A stretch of 63,744 nucleotides of DNA, the filler included, from Chiloscyllium plagiosum (taxonomy: Eukaryota): assembly GCF_004010195.1 (NCBI RefSeq). It is 4 parts of one record of this genome, joined end to end, with 100 filler letters (N's around TTAATTAATTAA, not from the genome) between each part and the next. Parts side by side here need not be neighbours in the genome. Positions count along the whole stretch, not along the records: positions 1 to 20,551 come from NC_057710.1; 3 more parts are not named here. The stretch is one strand, 5' to 3'. The position numbers and the translations under genes are program-made. The stretch's first letter is position 1, and each line of letters starts with the position of its first letter. The notes beneath the pieces were generated by a model. The model was not told where the DNA came from. It was given only the letters and a program-made list of their open reading frames with translations, and did no database searches. Positions 1 to 11,889 of this stretch are shown piece after piece.

Positions 1-180
1 TGTACTCTATGCTACTCTCTCCCCCCCCCCCCCCCCACCCCCCCCCAGCTTATCTCTCCCCCCTCCAGGCTCACTGCCTTTAATCCTGATGAAGGGCTTT
101 TGCCCGAAACGTCGATTTCGAAGCTCCTTGGATGCTGCCTGAACTGCTGTGCTCTTCCAGCATCACTAATCCAGAATCTC
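1..180 (+). mobile_element. Penelope-like element terminal repeat (pLTR), family A
   Basis: C-rich tract, hammerhead core, then GATGCTGCCTGAACTGCTGTGCTCTTCCAGCA; same sequence ends the PLE at 18.4 kb and recurs at 35.4 kb. Confidence 0.85.
82..117 (+). ncRNA. Minimal type I hammerhead ribozyme (family A, intact)
   Basis: AATC-CTGATGA-A-GGGC-TTTT-GCCC-GAAAC-GTC-GATT: full core, stem II, AATC/GATT stem I, palindromic ACGT stem III, GUC cleavage triplet. Confidence 0.88.
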
Positions 181-229
181 ACAATCCATGGTCAATTGTT
201 GACAGTTAGCTGCAATTTGTATAGCCCAG

Positions 230-605
230 GATCTTATCTGCTTTCTCAACATGCTCTACAGCAGTCCATGATCATTGTATCTATACCCCAGGTCCCTCTA
301 TTACTGTATCCCCTATAAAACTGAATCCATTATTTCATATTGCCTCTCTTCAGTCTTCCTACTAAAATGAATCACTCTACATTTCTCTGCAATAAATTTT
401 ACCTGCTAGTTATTTTCTATTTCATCAGCCTATCTATATCCTCTGGTGGCTTATCATGTTCTTCCTCACAGATCACAAATTCTGTCACATAGTTTGAATT
501 TTGGCTCTTTAAACCTACCTTTAAGTCATTATTGTGCATCAGTGAAAGCAAGAACCCTAACATTGACTCTCTACAGAACTCCATAACATTCCTTTGTCCA
601 GTCTG
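230..605 (-). mobile_element. Old degraded CR1 LINE RT fragment
   Basis: Resembles by eye the reverse-strand CR1 RT segments at 41.3-41.7 kb and 48.4-48.8 kb. Confidence 0.55.
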
Positions 606-639
606 AATGGTTGTGTGAATGGCTCTGCTTTATTCTCAG

Positions 640-1240
640 ATTCTCTTCTTTGATGAAAGTGTGTGACATATGCCATGCTTTACCTCAGTTGTTGCCTTAC
701 TGTAGTATTCTACTGGGACAGGAGTTTGAGAAGGACTGTTGATTATGTACTCTTAAAGAGATTCTTGGGAAGCAAGAGGCCTGTGTCCTGAGGTGGACCA
801 ACTGTAGGCTCTGTGTGCACTGCAAATGTGTAGTCAAGCTGTGAGTGTTTTCAGATGTCTATGCAGGTATTAGGAAAAGTAATATGGCTGTTTCCCTCGA
901 CACAGCATCTTAAAACCCTTTGTGGTCATTCCCTAAAGCTAGAAGAGTTTGACTATTCCATTCCAAAAGCCAAGATCTCAAAGGTAAAATTATACATTGT
1001 GGATGAAACAACTTTCCCTAAAACTTACGCCATGGAGAATTCTGGTCTGATTTCCCAGAAATAGCCTCACACTTGATGGTGGGATGGTATGTTCTGAATC
1101 TGTCTTGCAAGAATATTTACTTTTAGCTAGTGAAACCATCCACCCAAAAGTCAATATCAGCAGCACACTCTTTGGAATACAGTACTTAACAATAACTACA
1201 CAAATATTTGAAAGAAAGTTGAAGTTGATGCACTTCAGTA
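640..1240 (+). pseudogene. Putative viral L protein N-terminal (endonuclease-region) relic, EVE piece 1
   Basis: From 653 MKVCDICHAL...LLGQEFEKD resembles the bunyaviral RHD...EYRND pattern (TGC could be CpG-decayed CGC); short protein-like ORFs follow at 855 and 1084. Confidence 0.35.
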
Positions 1241-1880
1241 GGAAGAATCAAATTTACCTGCCATTCCCAGCACTTTCCCTTGCCTCCGCAAGAGGTGTAA
1301 AATGTGTGCCCATACTTCCCCCCACTCACCTTCAACCAAGGCCCCAAAGGATCTTTTCACATCCAGCAGAGATTTTCCTGCACATCCACCCACCTCATCT
1401 ACTGTGTCCATTTGTCTCCTCCACATCAGGGAGACAGTACACCAACTTGTGGAGCATTTCAGGGAACACCTCTAGGACACACACGCCAAACAATCCGACC
1501 GCCCTGTGGCTGACCACTTTAAATCTCTCTTTCACTCCACCAAGGACATGCAAGTCCTGGGCCTCCTCCACTGCCAAATCTAAGCCACCCAATGCCTGGA
1601 GGAAGAACACCTCATCTTCCACCCTTCAACCACATGGCATCAATGTCAACTTCACCAATTTCCTCATTGCCCCTCCCCCACCTCATCCCAGATGCAACCC
1701 TCCAACTCAGTATCACTCTCTTGACCTGCCCTACCTGTCCATCTTCCTCCCCCCCACCTATCACAATCATGCCCCGTGTGTATCTACCTATTGCTTTCCC
1801 ATGCTGTATTCCTCACAGCTCCACCCACACCCTCCTATTTATCTCTGCCCCCTTCCCTGCCCCACATTCAAAGAAGTGAA
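1240..1880 (+). mobile_element. Degraded Penelope-like element, GIY-YIG endonuclease region
   Basis: QGPKGSFHIQQRFSCTSTHLIYCV and LQPHGINVNFTNF; colinear with PLE at 17.75-18.35 kb. Confidence 0.85.
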
Positions 1881-2149
1881 GCCTGGGGCAGATCAGCCAT
1901 GACTTTATTGAACAGCAGAATGGGCCTACATCTTCTCCAATTTCTTATGTCCCTTTAATCGTTTTTGAAGTGCAGGCTCCATGAGGGTTAGAATCTTAGG
2001 TATATCATTCAAAGATACAGCATTTAAGCTAGCTCTCTGAATAACTGGCTCCTCGTCTTCAATCAGTCCCATTGTTCCTTCTAAACAGCGTTTTGTTCAT
2101 TAGCCTATAATTCAATAAGTAAACCGTCTTAGTTGGTTTAATCTAAATT

Positions 2150-3430
2150 ATCTTTGTGAAGTATGGAGTGCTGGGGAAAGCTCATAGATATTGAGCATTG
2201 AGTCAACTTTGTATGTGACACCAAAGTGTCAAAGGAGAATTGAAATTACTGTGGTATTCTTTAAAATGTAGCCACCAAATATAAGTTGCATGAGAAATAT
2301 TGAGATGGCAAATTTCTACAACATGATGCTGAAAAATTGCTGCTATTTCAGTCGACCCTTGCTCTCGCCTTTGTAGGATTCAACCAGAATTAATGGAAAT
2401 TATGCAGAGACTCAGAAATACCATGTCACACCCTTGGCCCCAACTTTACAGAAAAATTTTGTGGGTAAAAACTTTATAATATAATTGGTGTAAAGGACAG
2501 CAGAGTATCCTTGGCTTTTGGGCCTTGTCTATATTGAATGAGTGAATGCTGGCTAATATACAGGCTGACAGCTCGCATAGAATCCAGATCAGGATTAAAT
2601 TCTAAATCTGCAAAGATCTGACTGTAATGTATTTTTATGTTATTGAAGTAGCCAACTTTGTGAATGGCCTTGGGAGAATATGGCAATCTCTATTGTCTCA
2701 GAACTCTTCTGCCAAACCTATTGTTCTTTGACGAGTGAGTTTTCCAGATGTACAGCTAATCCATCAAAGACATTAAAGTCATGAGACATCTCCCTAATTG
2801 CACAAAAGTTTGCAGGATCAGCAGCCACAATCTCTTTCCGTAAGGATTTTCCAGGATAAGACATTCAGATATCAGATAATGAATGGAGCACAGGGATACA
2901 GGACATATTAGTGGGATTAGGAGAATTGGATGACAAAAAGAATGGAAAAAGATCACAATGCATAGTTTGCTAGGGCCATAACAATATTGGAACAGCAATA
3001 GCCCATAAGACCACAACATAGCAAACAAAACCAGGAGTTGATCTCAGTCTGCTCTGTCAGTCCCTACAATCATAGTTGTGGTTTTGCACCAAATTTCTTT
3101 CCCACCCACCCCCATTTCCCATAAGCCATCTAGCTCCAAACACCTGCCTTTATACCATTCTTTTATACCTTTGTATTATGCTGTGATTCCAGTACAGATC
3201 AATAGCATCATTGACTTTTCAGGGCCAAATAAAAAGAATTGCAAGACAAGTTACAACTTTTTATACTTGTACTGTAATAATCCAACCAAATTCAACATCA
3301 CTAAATAGGCAACAAATGTATGAAATTACAGAAAAGGTACTTTATTGACTCATTAGTACTACCAAAATAGTAAACCGATTACATATTGAACCAACTAGAG
3401 GAGAATCTACAGAAGTAGATTCAACTCTAC
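2150..3430 (+). pseudogene. Putative viral L protein relic around the RY motif (motif G), EVE piece 2
   Basis: 2384-2472 PELMEIMQRLR(N)TMSH/LAPTLQKNFVGK with one frameshift resembles RYxxMxSLA...K (AAT vs TAT = Y); long coding-like frames at 2790-3070 and 3185-3430. Confidence 0.5.
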
Positions 3431-4614
3431 ACTCCATCATTCAACCCCGTGTTTTCTCACAGACTGTCTTCATTCTCTCTGCCATGTCAGAGCAATGTCC
3501 TTTGAAAGTCACTTCACTTGTATACTGAATATCTTTGAATTGACTGTTAGCTAGGCAGCATCATCTCGTTTTTAAGTCTCTGGAAGTGCCATCTCTTCAG
3601 AATAAAATCCATTTCACTCCAGTATTCTGCTTGATGGCTATTAAAACAATTGATTTATGCACTGCTTTTCATAACAGTGGCTGTTTCTGTGTCGTTCTCC
3701 AAGTCCCTCTGACTTTTAGCATGGACTTTATTTGTAGCCTTTGGAGTCACCAGAGTCTTTCAAATCCAAAGGTTCTACCCTACTTTCAACAGATTTTGTG
3801 AAGGAGGATTCACAGAGGGACATGGCTTTCACATGTGGGAATTCCAAACACAGCAGGGCTATTTGAACACGGTGCTGAGAGTTATAGGAGTTATGACCTT
3901 TAAGAGAATTCAAAAATACACTTTAAGATAAGATCTGTGAAATTGTCAAGCTGTTAAGTTATTTGAATGGTCAGTCCTATAAAAATTGAAAATAAAACTG
4001 CCTACCTCTAACTGTTAAAAAAAACTTTCTAGCATTTTCAATAGATACTTATGAATTTAACGCTAAGTATTATCTTTTATACTCTGGTAATGCTTGGCTA
4101 ATTTCTGCAAATTTTTATTATCACAGTTGTAGGGGGTGAACATGATTTTAGTTCATAGCTTGACTGACACCTCAAACAGGTCATTAAAAGATTGTTAATA
4201 CAAATCTTTTTTTTTTGATAAAGAATTAAGTAATTGAGAGAATTTAAATGCATTGAATGGACTATTGTGAGTAATGATATTTTTTGTATACAATGAATTC
4301 TAATAAATATTTCAAATTTTATCTTAGTTCATCTCAAGAGGAATTCTACAGCATGGCTATGATGAATAATGGGTGAGTTGGAATTAATGGTTTGAGAAAA
4401 AGGAAGGATTTAGGGGCAAAGAATCTTAGTTGGTTGTGATGTGGTGGGGTAGCTTGAGCTGGCACTAAGTTCACATTGGAGCAATGGAAGGAGTTATTAG
4501 TTGGTATGAGTTTACACTAATTTTGCCTTGATATCTTAGAGGTAGGTAGGAGGCATGAAAAGCATGTTTGGTTATGGAGAATAAGTGGCTGCTGATGAGT
4601 ATGAGGGGTAGTAG

Positions 4615-7600
4615 AAGAGACCTGTACAAGAGGGACGGATTGCACCTAAATTGGAAGGGGACTAATATACTGGCAGGGAGATTTGCTAGAGCTGCTCGGG
4701 AGGATTTAAACGAGTAAGGTGGGAGGTGGGACCCAGGAAGATAGTGAGGAAAGAGATCGATCTGAGACAGGTACAGCTGCGAACAGAAGTGAGTCAGACA
4801 GTCAGGGCAGGCAAGGACAAGGTAGGACTAATAAATTAAACTGCATTTATTTCAATACAAGGGGGCTAACAGGGAAGGCAGATGAACTCAGGGCTTGGTT
4901 AGGAACATGGGACTGGGATGTCATAGCAATTACGGAAACATGGCTCAGGGATGGGCAGGACTGGCAGCTTAATGTTCCAGGATACAAATGCTACAGGGAG
5001 GATAGAAAGGGAGTCAAGAGAGGAGAGCGAGTGGCATTTTTGATAAGGGATAGCATTACACTTGTGCTGAGGGAAGATATTCCTAGAAATACATCCAGGG
5101 AAGTTTTTTGGGTGGAACTGAGAAATAAGAAAGGGATGATCACCTTATTGGGATTGTATTATAGACCCCCCCAATAGTCAGAGGGAAATTGAGAAACAAA
5201 CTTGCAAGGAGATCTCAGCTATCTGTAAGAATAATAGGGTAGTTATGGTAGGGGATTTTAACTTTCCAAACATAGACTGGGAATGCCATAGTGTTAGATG
5301 GAGAGAAATTTCTTAAGTGTGTACAAGACAATTTTCTGATTCAGTATGTGGATGTACCTACTGGAGAAGGTGCAAAACTAGACCTACTCTTGGGAAATAA
5401 GGCAGGGCAGGTGACTGAGGTGTCAGTGGGGGAGCATTTTTGGGGCCAGCGACCATAATTCTATTCGTTTTAAAATAGTGATGGAAAAGGATAGACCAGA
5501 TCTAAAAGTTGAAGTTCTAAATTGGAGAAAAGCCAATTTTGACGGTATTAGGCAAGAACTTTCGAAAGCTGATTGGAGGCAGATGTTCGCAGGTAAAGGG
5601 ACGGCTGGAAAATGGGAAGCCTTCAGAAATGAGATAACAAGAATCCAGAGAAAGTATATCCTGTCAGGGTGAAAGGGAAGGCTGCTAGTTATAGGGAATG
5701 CTGGATGACTAAAGAAATTGAGGGCTTGGTTAAGAAAAAGAAGGAAGCATATGTCAGATATAGACAAGATAGATCGAGTGAATCCTTAGAGGAGTATAAA
5801 GGAAGTAGGAGTATACTTAAGAGGGAAATCAGGAGGGCAAAACGGAGACATGAGATAGCGTTGGCAAATAGAATTAAGGAGAATCCAAAGGGATTTTACA
5901 AATACATTAAGGACAAAAGGGTAACGAGGGAGGGAATAGGGCTCCTCAAAGATCAGCAAGGCGGCCTTTGTGTGGAGCCACAGAAAATGGGGGAGATACT
6001 AAATGAATATTTTGCATCAGTATTTACTGTGGAAAAGGATATGGAAGATATAGACTGTAGGGAAATAGATGGTGACATCTTGCAAAATGTCCAGATTACA
6101 GAGGAGAAAGTGCTGGATGTCTTGAAACNNNNNNNNNNNNNNNNNNNNNNNNNNNNNNNNNNNNNNNNNNNNNNNNNNNNNNNNNNNNNNNNNNNNNNNN
6201 NNNNNNNNNNNNNNNNNNNNNNNNNNNNNNNNNNNNNNNNNNNNNNNNNNNNNNNNNNNNNNNNNNNNNNNNNNNNNNNNNNNNNNNNNNNNNNNNNNNN
6301 NNNNNNNNNNNNNNNNNNNNNNNNNNNNNNNNNNNNNNNNNNNNNNNNNNNNNNNNNNNNNNNNNNNNNNNNNNNNNNNNNNNNNNNNNNNNNNNNNNNN
6401 NNNNNNNNNNNNNNNNNNNNNNNNNNNNNNNNNNNNNNNNNNNNNNNNNNNNNNNNNNNNNNNNNNNNNNNNNNNNNNNNNNNNNNNNNNNNNNNNNNNN
6501 NNNNNNNNNNNNNNNNNNNNNNNNNNNNNNNNNNNNNNNNNNNNNNNNNNNNNNNNNNNNNNNNNNNNNNNNNNNNNNNNNNNNNNNNNNNNNNNNNNNN
6601 NNNNNNNNNNNNNNNNGCGTTCAACAAGGTTCCCCATAGGAGACTGGTTAGCAAGGTTAGATCTCATGGAATACAGGGAGAACTAGCCATTTGGATACAG
6701 AACTGGCTCAAAGGTAGAAGACAGAGGGTGGTGGTGGAGGGTTGTTTTTCAGACTGGGGGCCTGTGACCAATGGAGTGCCACAAGGATCGGTGCTGGGCC
6801 CTCTACTTTTTGTCATTTACATAAATGATTTGGATGTGAGCATAAGAGGTATTGTTAGTAAGTTTGCAGGTGACACCAAAATTGGAGGTGTTGTGGACAG
6901 CGAAGAGGGCTACCTCAGACTACAACAGTATCTGTACTAGACGGGCAATGGGCTGAGAAGTGGCAGATGGAGTTTAATTCAGATAAATGCGTTTTGGGAA
7001 AGCAAATCTTAGCAGGAGTTATACACTTAATGGTAAGGTCCGAGGGAGTGTTGCTGAACAAAGAGACCTTGGAGTGCAGGCTCATAGCTCTTTGAAAGTG
7101 GAGCCGCAGGTAGATAAGATAGTGAAGAAGACGTTTGGTATGCTTTCCTTTATTGGTCAGAGTATTGAGTACAGGAGTTGGGAGGTCATGCTGCGGCTGT
7201 ACAGGACATTGGTTAGGCCATTGTTGGAATATTGCATGCAATTCTGGTCTCCTTCCTATTGGAAAGATGTTGTGAAACTTGAAAGGGTTCAGAAAAGATT
7301 TACAAGGATGTTGCCAGGGTTGGAGGATCTGAGCTACAGGGAGAGGCTGAACAGGCTGGGGCTGTTTTCCATGGGGCGTCGGAGACTGAGGGGTGACCTT
7401 GTAGAGGATTACAAAATAATGAGGGGCATGGATATGGGAAATAGGCAAAATCTTTTCCCTGGGGTCGGGGAGACCAGAACTAGAGGGCATAAGTTGGGGT
7501 GAGAGTGGTAAGATATAAAAGAGAGCTATGGGGAAACTTTTTCATAGAGAGGGTAGTACGTGTATGGAATGAGCTGCCAGAGGATGTGGTGGAGGCTCGT

Positions 7601-7772
7601 ACAATTGCAACATTTAAGAGGCATTTGGATGGGTATATGAATAGGAAGGGTTTGGAGGGATATGGGCCGGGTGCTGGCAGGTGGGACTAGATTGGGTTGG
7701 GATATCTGGTCGGAATGAACAGGTTGGACCGAAGTGTCTGTTTCCATGCTGTACATCTCTATGACTCTATGA
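4615..7772 (+). mobile_element. CR1 LINE, young, 5'-truncated (ORF1 esterase C-terminus, ORF2 APE+RT, 3'UTR), frameshifted, spans a gap
   Basis: DLYKRDGLHLN (SGNH DGLH), IAITETWL (APE), AFNKVPH, GVPQGSVLGPLLF, KFAGDTK, RPLLEYC..FWSP; CTCTATGA repeat tail. Confidence 0.97.
6129..6616. other. Assembly gap
   Basis: Run of N. Confidence 1.
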
Positions 7773-8224
7773 CTAAGTGGTAGAGGGCCTAACCTTTAAG
7801 AAATTAACTGATAAGAAGTCCCAAAGAGTCAAGGCAGGCCTTTTAAACAGCTGCTTCAGCAGTAGGCAGCCTCCATGAAGAACCTGGTTCCATTCAGCTC
7901 CCTCCCCTTCCACAGTCCTACTCCACAGCCAGAAGGAGGATTTCACCACATGATATACCTTTCCTTCCTTTTTCATTGCCTTCCATGTTGTTCTCAACTC
8001 CCTCAAAATCTTCAAAATAATTTCACTCAGCCTATTTAATCTGTTCTCCTTCATAATTTTTCCTTGAAAATATTGATTCTATCATTCTTAATCTCTTAAA
8101 TTCCAAAGACTACAAGTCTAATTTGTATAATTTAATTTTGTAATTTAAGTTTGGAATCCAGCTAGATTCTGTAAAACTACATTATACTCCACCTAAAGCC
8201 AATAGATTGGGGACAGTGTTTTTT

Positions 8225-8490
8225 TTTGTGGTAATGTTGACCAACTAGTAACTTTGAAACCCAATATGTAAAGTGAATACTTTGGAAACATAGGTTTAAA
8301 TCCCACCATGCTAGCTGGTATAATTTGAATTAAATTAATTAATATAAGTCTGGTGTTCAAATCTGGTCTCAAGAATGGTACCATGAAGCTATTTATGATT
8401 GTTGTAAAAATCTGTCTTGGTCTTTAATGTCCTTTCTGGGCCTTCTCTATGTGTGACTCCAGGTCTATAGCTATATCGTTGTCTCTTCTC
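8225..8490 (+). mobile_element. Degraded tRNA-derived SINE
   Basis: B-box-like GGTTTAAATCCCACCATG and body similar to the reverse copy at 10.28-10.53 kb. Confidence 0.6.
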
Positions 8491-8509
8491 ATGATCTTGC
8501 ACTTTTTTT

Positions 8510-8838
8510 TTCTAATGGTCTGTTCTCTCTTGGAACTAGAGTAAAAGTTATGCATTGGGATTGTATGGTTATAGTCAAGGTCAGCATGCTACCAATGGTG
8601 TATGACATAAGTCAGGTTCAATATATAGGACGATTACTTTGCAACATGTGTGAATTCAGAATGATATCAAACAGGATGCAAAGCTAAGTGTGGCCTATGG
8701 CATAATTAGCATCATTTGCCAGAATTATGACTCTGTCATAAAATACAGAGTCAGGTGGAGGTAATTATAAGTATCACTGATATTTAGCAGCTTCGATTAG
8801 TAAAAGGTAACAGTGAGATCTACTTGACCTAATCTGGT
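8510..8838 (+). pseudogene. Putative viral L protein motif F (pre-motif A) relic, EVE piece 3
   Basis: SQVQ...(C)EF/..QDAKLSVAYGIISIICQNYDSVI/TESGGGNYK/...SEIYLT*SG parallels KxQ...REI..EAKM...C....EMISEPGDGK and the lead-in to motif A. Confidence 0.6.
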
Positions 8839-10271
8839 ATTCATTTTTTTCCAAGTTTGCTTCCTTCAACAGAGTGCATCTCTTGTGAACATCTGATGTT
8901 AAATACACTGCTGAACTTCTTTTAGATGTTTTGAAACAGCAAGAATATTATTGCCTTAAAATAACAAACCATAAAGCATTTCTGACCCTTCTCACCTGCT
9001 CTATGTTTTAAACAATGCAGCAGCCTCGGGTTTATTCTGTAAAAAAACAAGCCCCCAGTCACACTGCTGCAAAGACAGAATTATGCCTATGCAGTAAATG
9101 CAAAGACACTTTTATCAACAAGACTTCTGCATGAACAGATACCCAATTTGAAAATAGAGGTCAAAACATTTTGATTGAAAAGTGAATGATATTACCAACT
9201 CATCAAAACAGATGACAGGTTTTAACTTAGTAAGAAGTTACATTACTTCTAAGATATCATTTAGGTATTAGTTCTGATAAAGCATGTTGCTTATTAGTAA
9301 TGCTGGATTCAGCAAATTAGATTCTAGATTGGAATATGTGATAAAATATCTGACCGACAGAATAATATATTGGGAATATTGAGTACAGTCAGATAACAGA
9401 TAATATCACCCGTGTGAAATACAGATAAATGTAATAGAACATTATAAAAGTAAGATGGAGAAGATCAAGACATAAAATAGTTAACCTTATGGAAAAGCTT
9501 TTGGCACTGCTTTCAGCTAGCTTATTGTTACTTGTTTCAGAATTTTCTTCATTCAGTCTGAGGGAAACTCTGCCTGAAGCACTGGAAATGGATTGGTTTC
9601 GTACAATGCTTTTCTAATTTTCTCAGTTGATTGCTCATCGGTGGAATCTATAAATGCTGTTGGCAGACAATGTGCCTTCTCTAATGAAATGTTGTATAAA
9701 TTGCTGATCCATTAGTCGCTGTATTATCTTCTCATTACCAATCTTATGCTGCTACAATCAACAGTGGAACTCACCAGAAAGGTAATAGAAGTTAAAATAG
9801 TCAATGCTTCCATTACTCTGCTTTAAAATATGCACTTGAGCTAGAAACTAGTCCAGTGTACTATGATTTGGAATGTTCAAATTTGATTTTGTTGCATTAC
9901 TTAGAAATGGCATGACAACCAGCTAATACTTTTCCTAATTCAAAGAAAGATCAATGAAATCTGAAAAACCTGTAATCATATGATAGAAATTTCTTTGAAA
10001 AAGCAACTTTCTCCATCATGCCATATAGGCACAGAGATCTCAATTGGTAATTAAGGGAAACCCATTAATTTAAATGCAGACAGGATGCTAACTTCTTATT
10101 GCCTGTGCATGGGCATGATTTCTGTATAAAACTAGCACTCACTGAGCCTGTTTATAAATTCCTCAAGGCAACAGGAGTACTAATACAATAAGTGCTTAGT
10201 CCTACTGAAAACCCTGCAACACCTTTCAAAGGGAAAGTGCATTGTCGCTGGTGGTGGTGCTGCGACCATCT

Positions 10272-10530
10272 CTTCATTAATTCACAGAATGCAGGCATCA
10301 CTGCCAATTGCCATTTTTCATTACCTTAAAAAAGACAATGAGCTGACTTCCTGAATATACAATAATGTTTAACCAAGTTATTCAGAGGGCAGTTAGGAGT
10401 GAACTACACCGCTGTAAGCATGGAATCAGACTGGAAAGGACAGCAAATTTTCTTTCATTGGATTAAGACAATGATGTAGTAGTTTCATGATGGCTGTTAT
10501 TTTTATTCCAGCTTTATTTAATTCATTGAA
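10272..10530 (-). mobile_element. Degraded tRNA-derived SINE sharing the 3' tail of the second CR1/L2-group LINE family
   Basis: Reverse tail like 12925-12995 and 28440-28530; body like 8225-8490. Confidence 0.55.
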
Positions 10531-11709
10531 CTATAGAATATGGTCACATAGAAGTAGGTTATTCAACCCATCGAGTCTCTACCTATTCTGTGAAGACCAA
10601 TTTTGTGAGATTGTCATTGCCAAAAGATAAGAGAAATTCCAAAGAAATTGTACTCTCTCTTTTTGTCATGTCTAAATCCCATTTCTTTTAAAACTGGATA
10701 GCCTCAACAATAAAAAATGCTGAGGGTGATTTCATGATTATATTCTCAGAAACTTCTGGAAGCCCTGCTTTAGATAGGCATTCCAGCTAAAGCTGGCATA
10801 AAGGACTTGAAGCCAGGCCTGCTCTTGACAAAGGAACAGCACCAAGACTGATTGTGTTAAAATGAGCATGTTTTACAGTGATTTCATTACCTCACAACAG
10901 AAACTCTTGGTGTTACCTTAACAAACTTCCAAATAGCCCACCAAGATCTGCATCCAAAGTGTCTGCCTTTGTCACAGGCACAGATGACTAACATCTGAGG
11001 AAGTTGGATTTACAATGTTTAAATTCTGGAACTCCAACTTAGTATGCTGTCTTAACATCACAAGAATAGAATTTCCAGGCCTTGGCAGCTAGAAGGTCTG
11101 CTGTTCATTTTTCTCTTTCAAAACTCTCATTTGCAGAAAGTATCTCAGATCAACCTGCCAAATTGGACTACTGCTGCTTTGATTACCATTCACCTGCACC
11201 CCAGTTCCCTGGAAAAGAATTGGTGCATGATCAACCAACTGACAGTCTCCTAACTGGACAATGACTCATTGGATTCTAAGTCATATAAATTTATATCAAG
11301 CTTTTAGAAATTCCTTTGCTTTCTGTTCCTTTCCATCTTGCACACTTGTTTGTGAATGAACTAGTGAAACAATTTCCTGCATTGTGAATATTTTGTTAAT
11401 AAACACCACCTTTGAATTCATCCTATAGGTTTACTTTCAAAGTTTGGAAAACCAGAATTTAAGGAACACTCTTTGGCCTACCTAAGTATGGAATATGGGT
11501 TAACAGCAATAAATCAAACTATGTCTCACTGCATTGGGCTTAGGAGGGGAAAATCAATCACAATTTAAATTAATCCCATTCCCGCTTTGTCTGTAATAAT
11601 ATGCATGTATCAAATATGGGTAGCACCTTACAATACCTGAAATATTGAACACACACACACACACACACATATTAGCTTAAAACTTAACGTTATAATTATC
11701 ATCAGTTGT

Positions 11710-11885
11710 TGAGTCATACAGATATACATCACAGAAACAGACATTTTGGTCCAACTTGCCGACCAGGTATCCTATATAAATCTAGTCGCATTTGCCAGCA
11801 TTGGCCCATATCACTCTAAACCCTTTCTATTTATATACCCATCCTGTTGCCTTGTACCAGCCTCCACCACTTCCTCTGGCAGCAC
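11710..11885 (-). mobile_element. CR1 3' end fragment
   Basis: Reverse complement of ~7570-7770. Confidence 0.85.
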
Positions 11886-11889
11886 TTTG

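Noticed and set aside
5669..6940. Long ORFs on both strands
   Set aside because: Length inflated by the N gap; only the + strand CR1 ORF2 is real and it is frameshifted
11649..11669. (AC)n microsatellite
   Set aside because: Ordinary simple repeat
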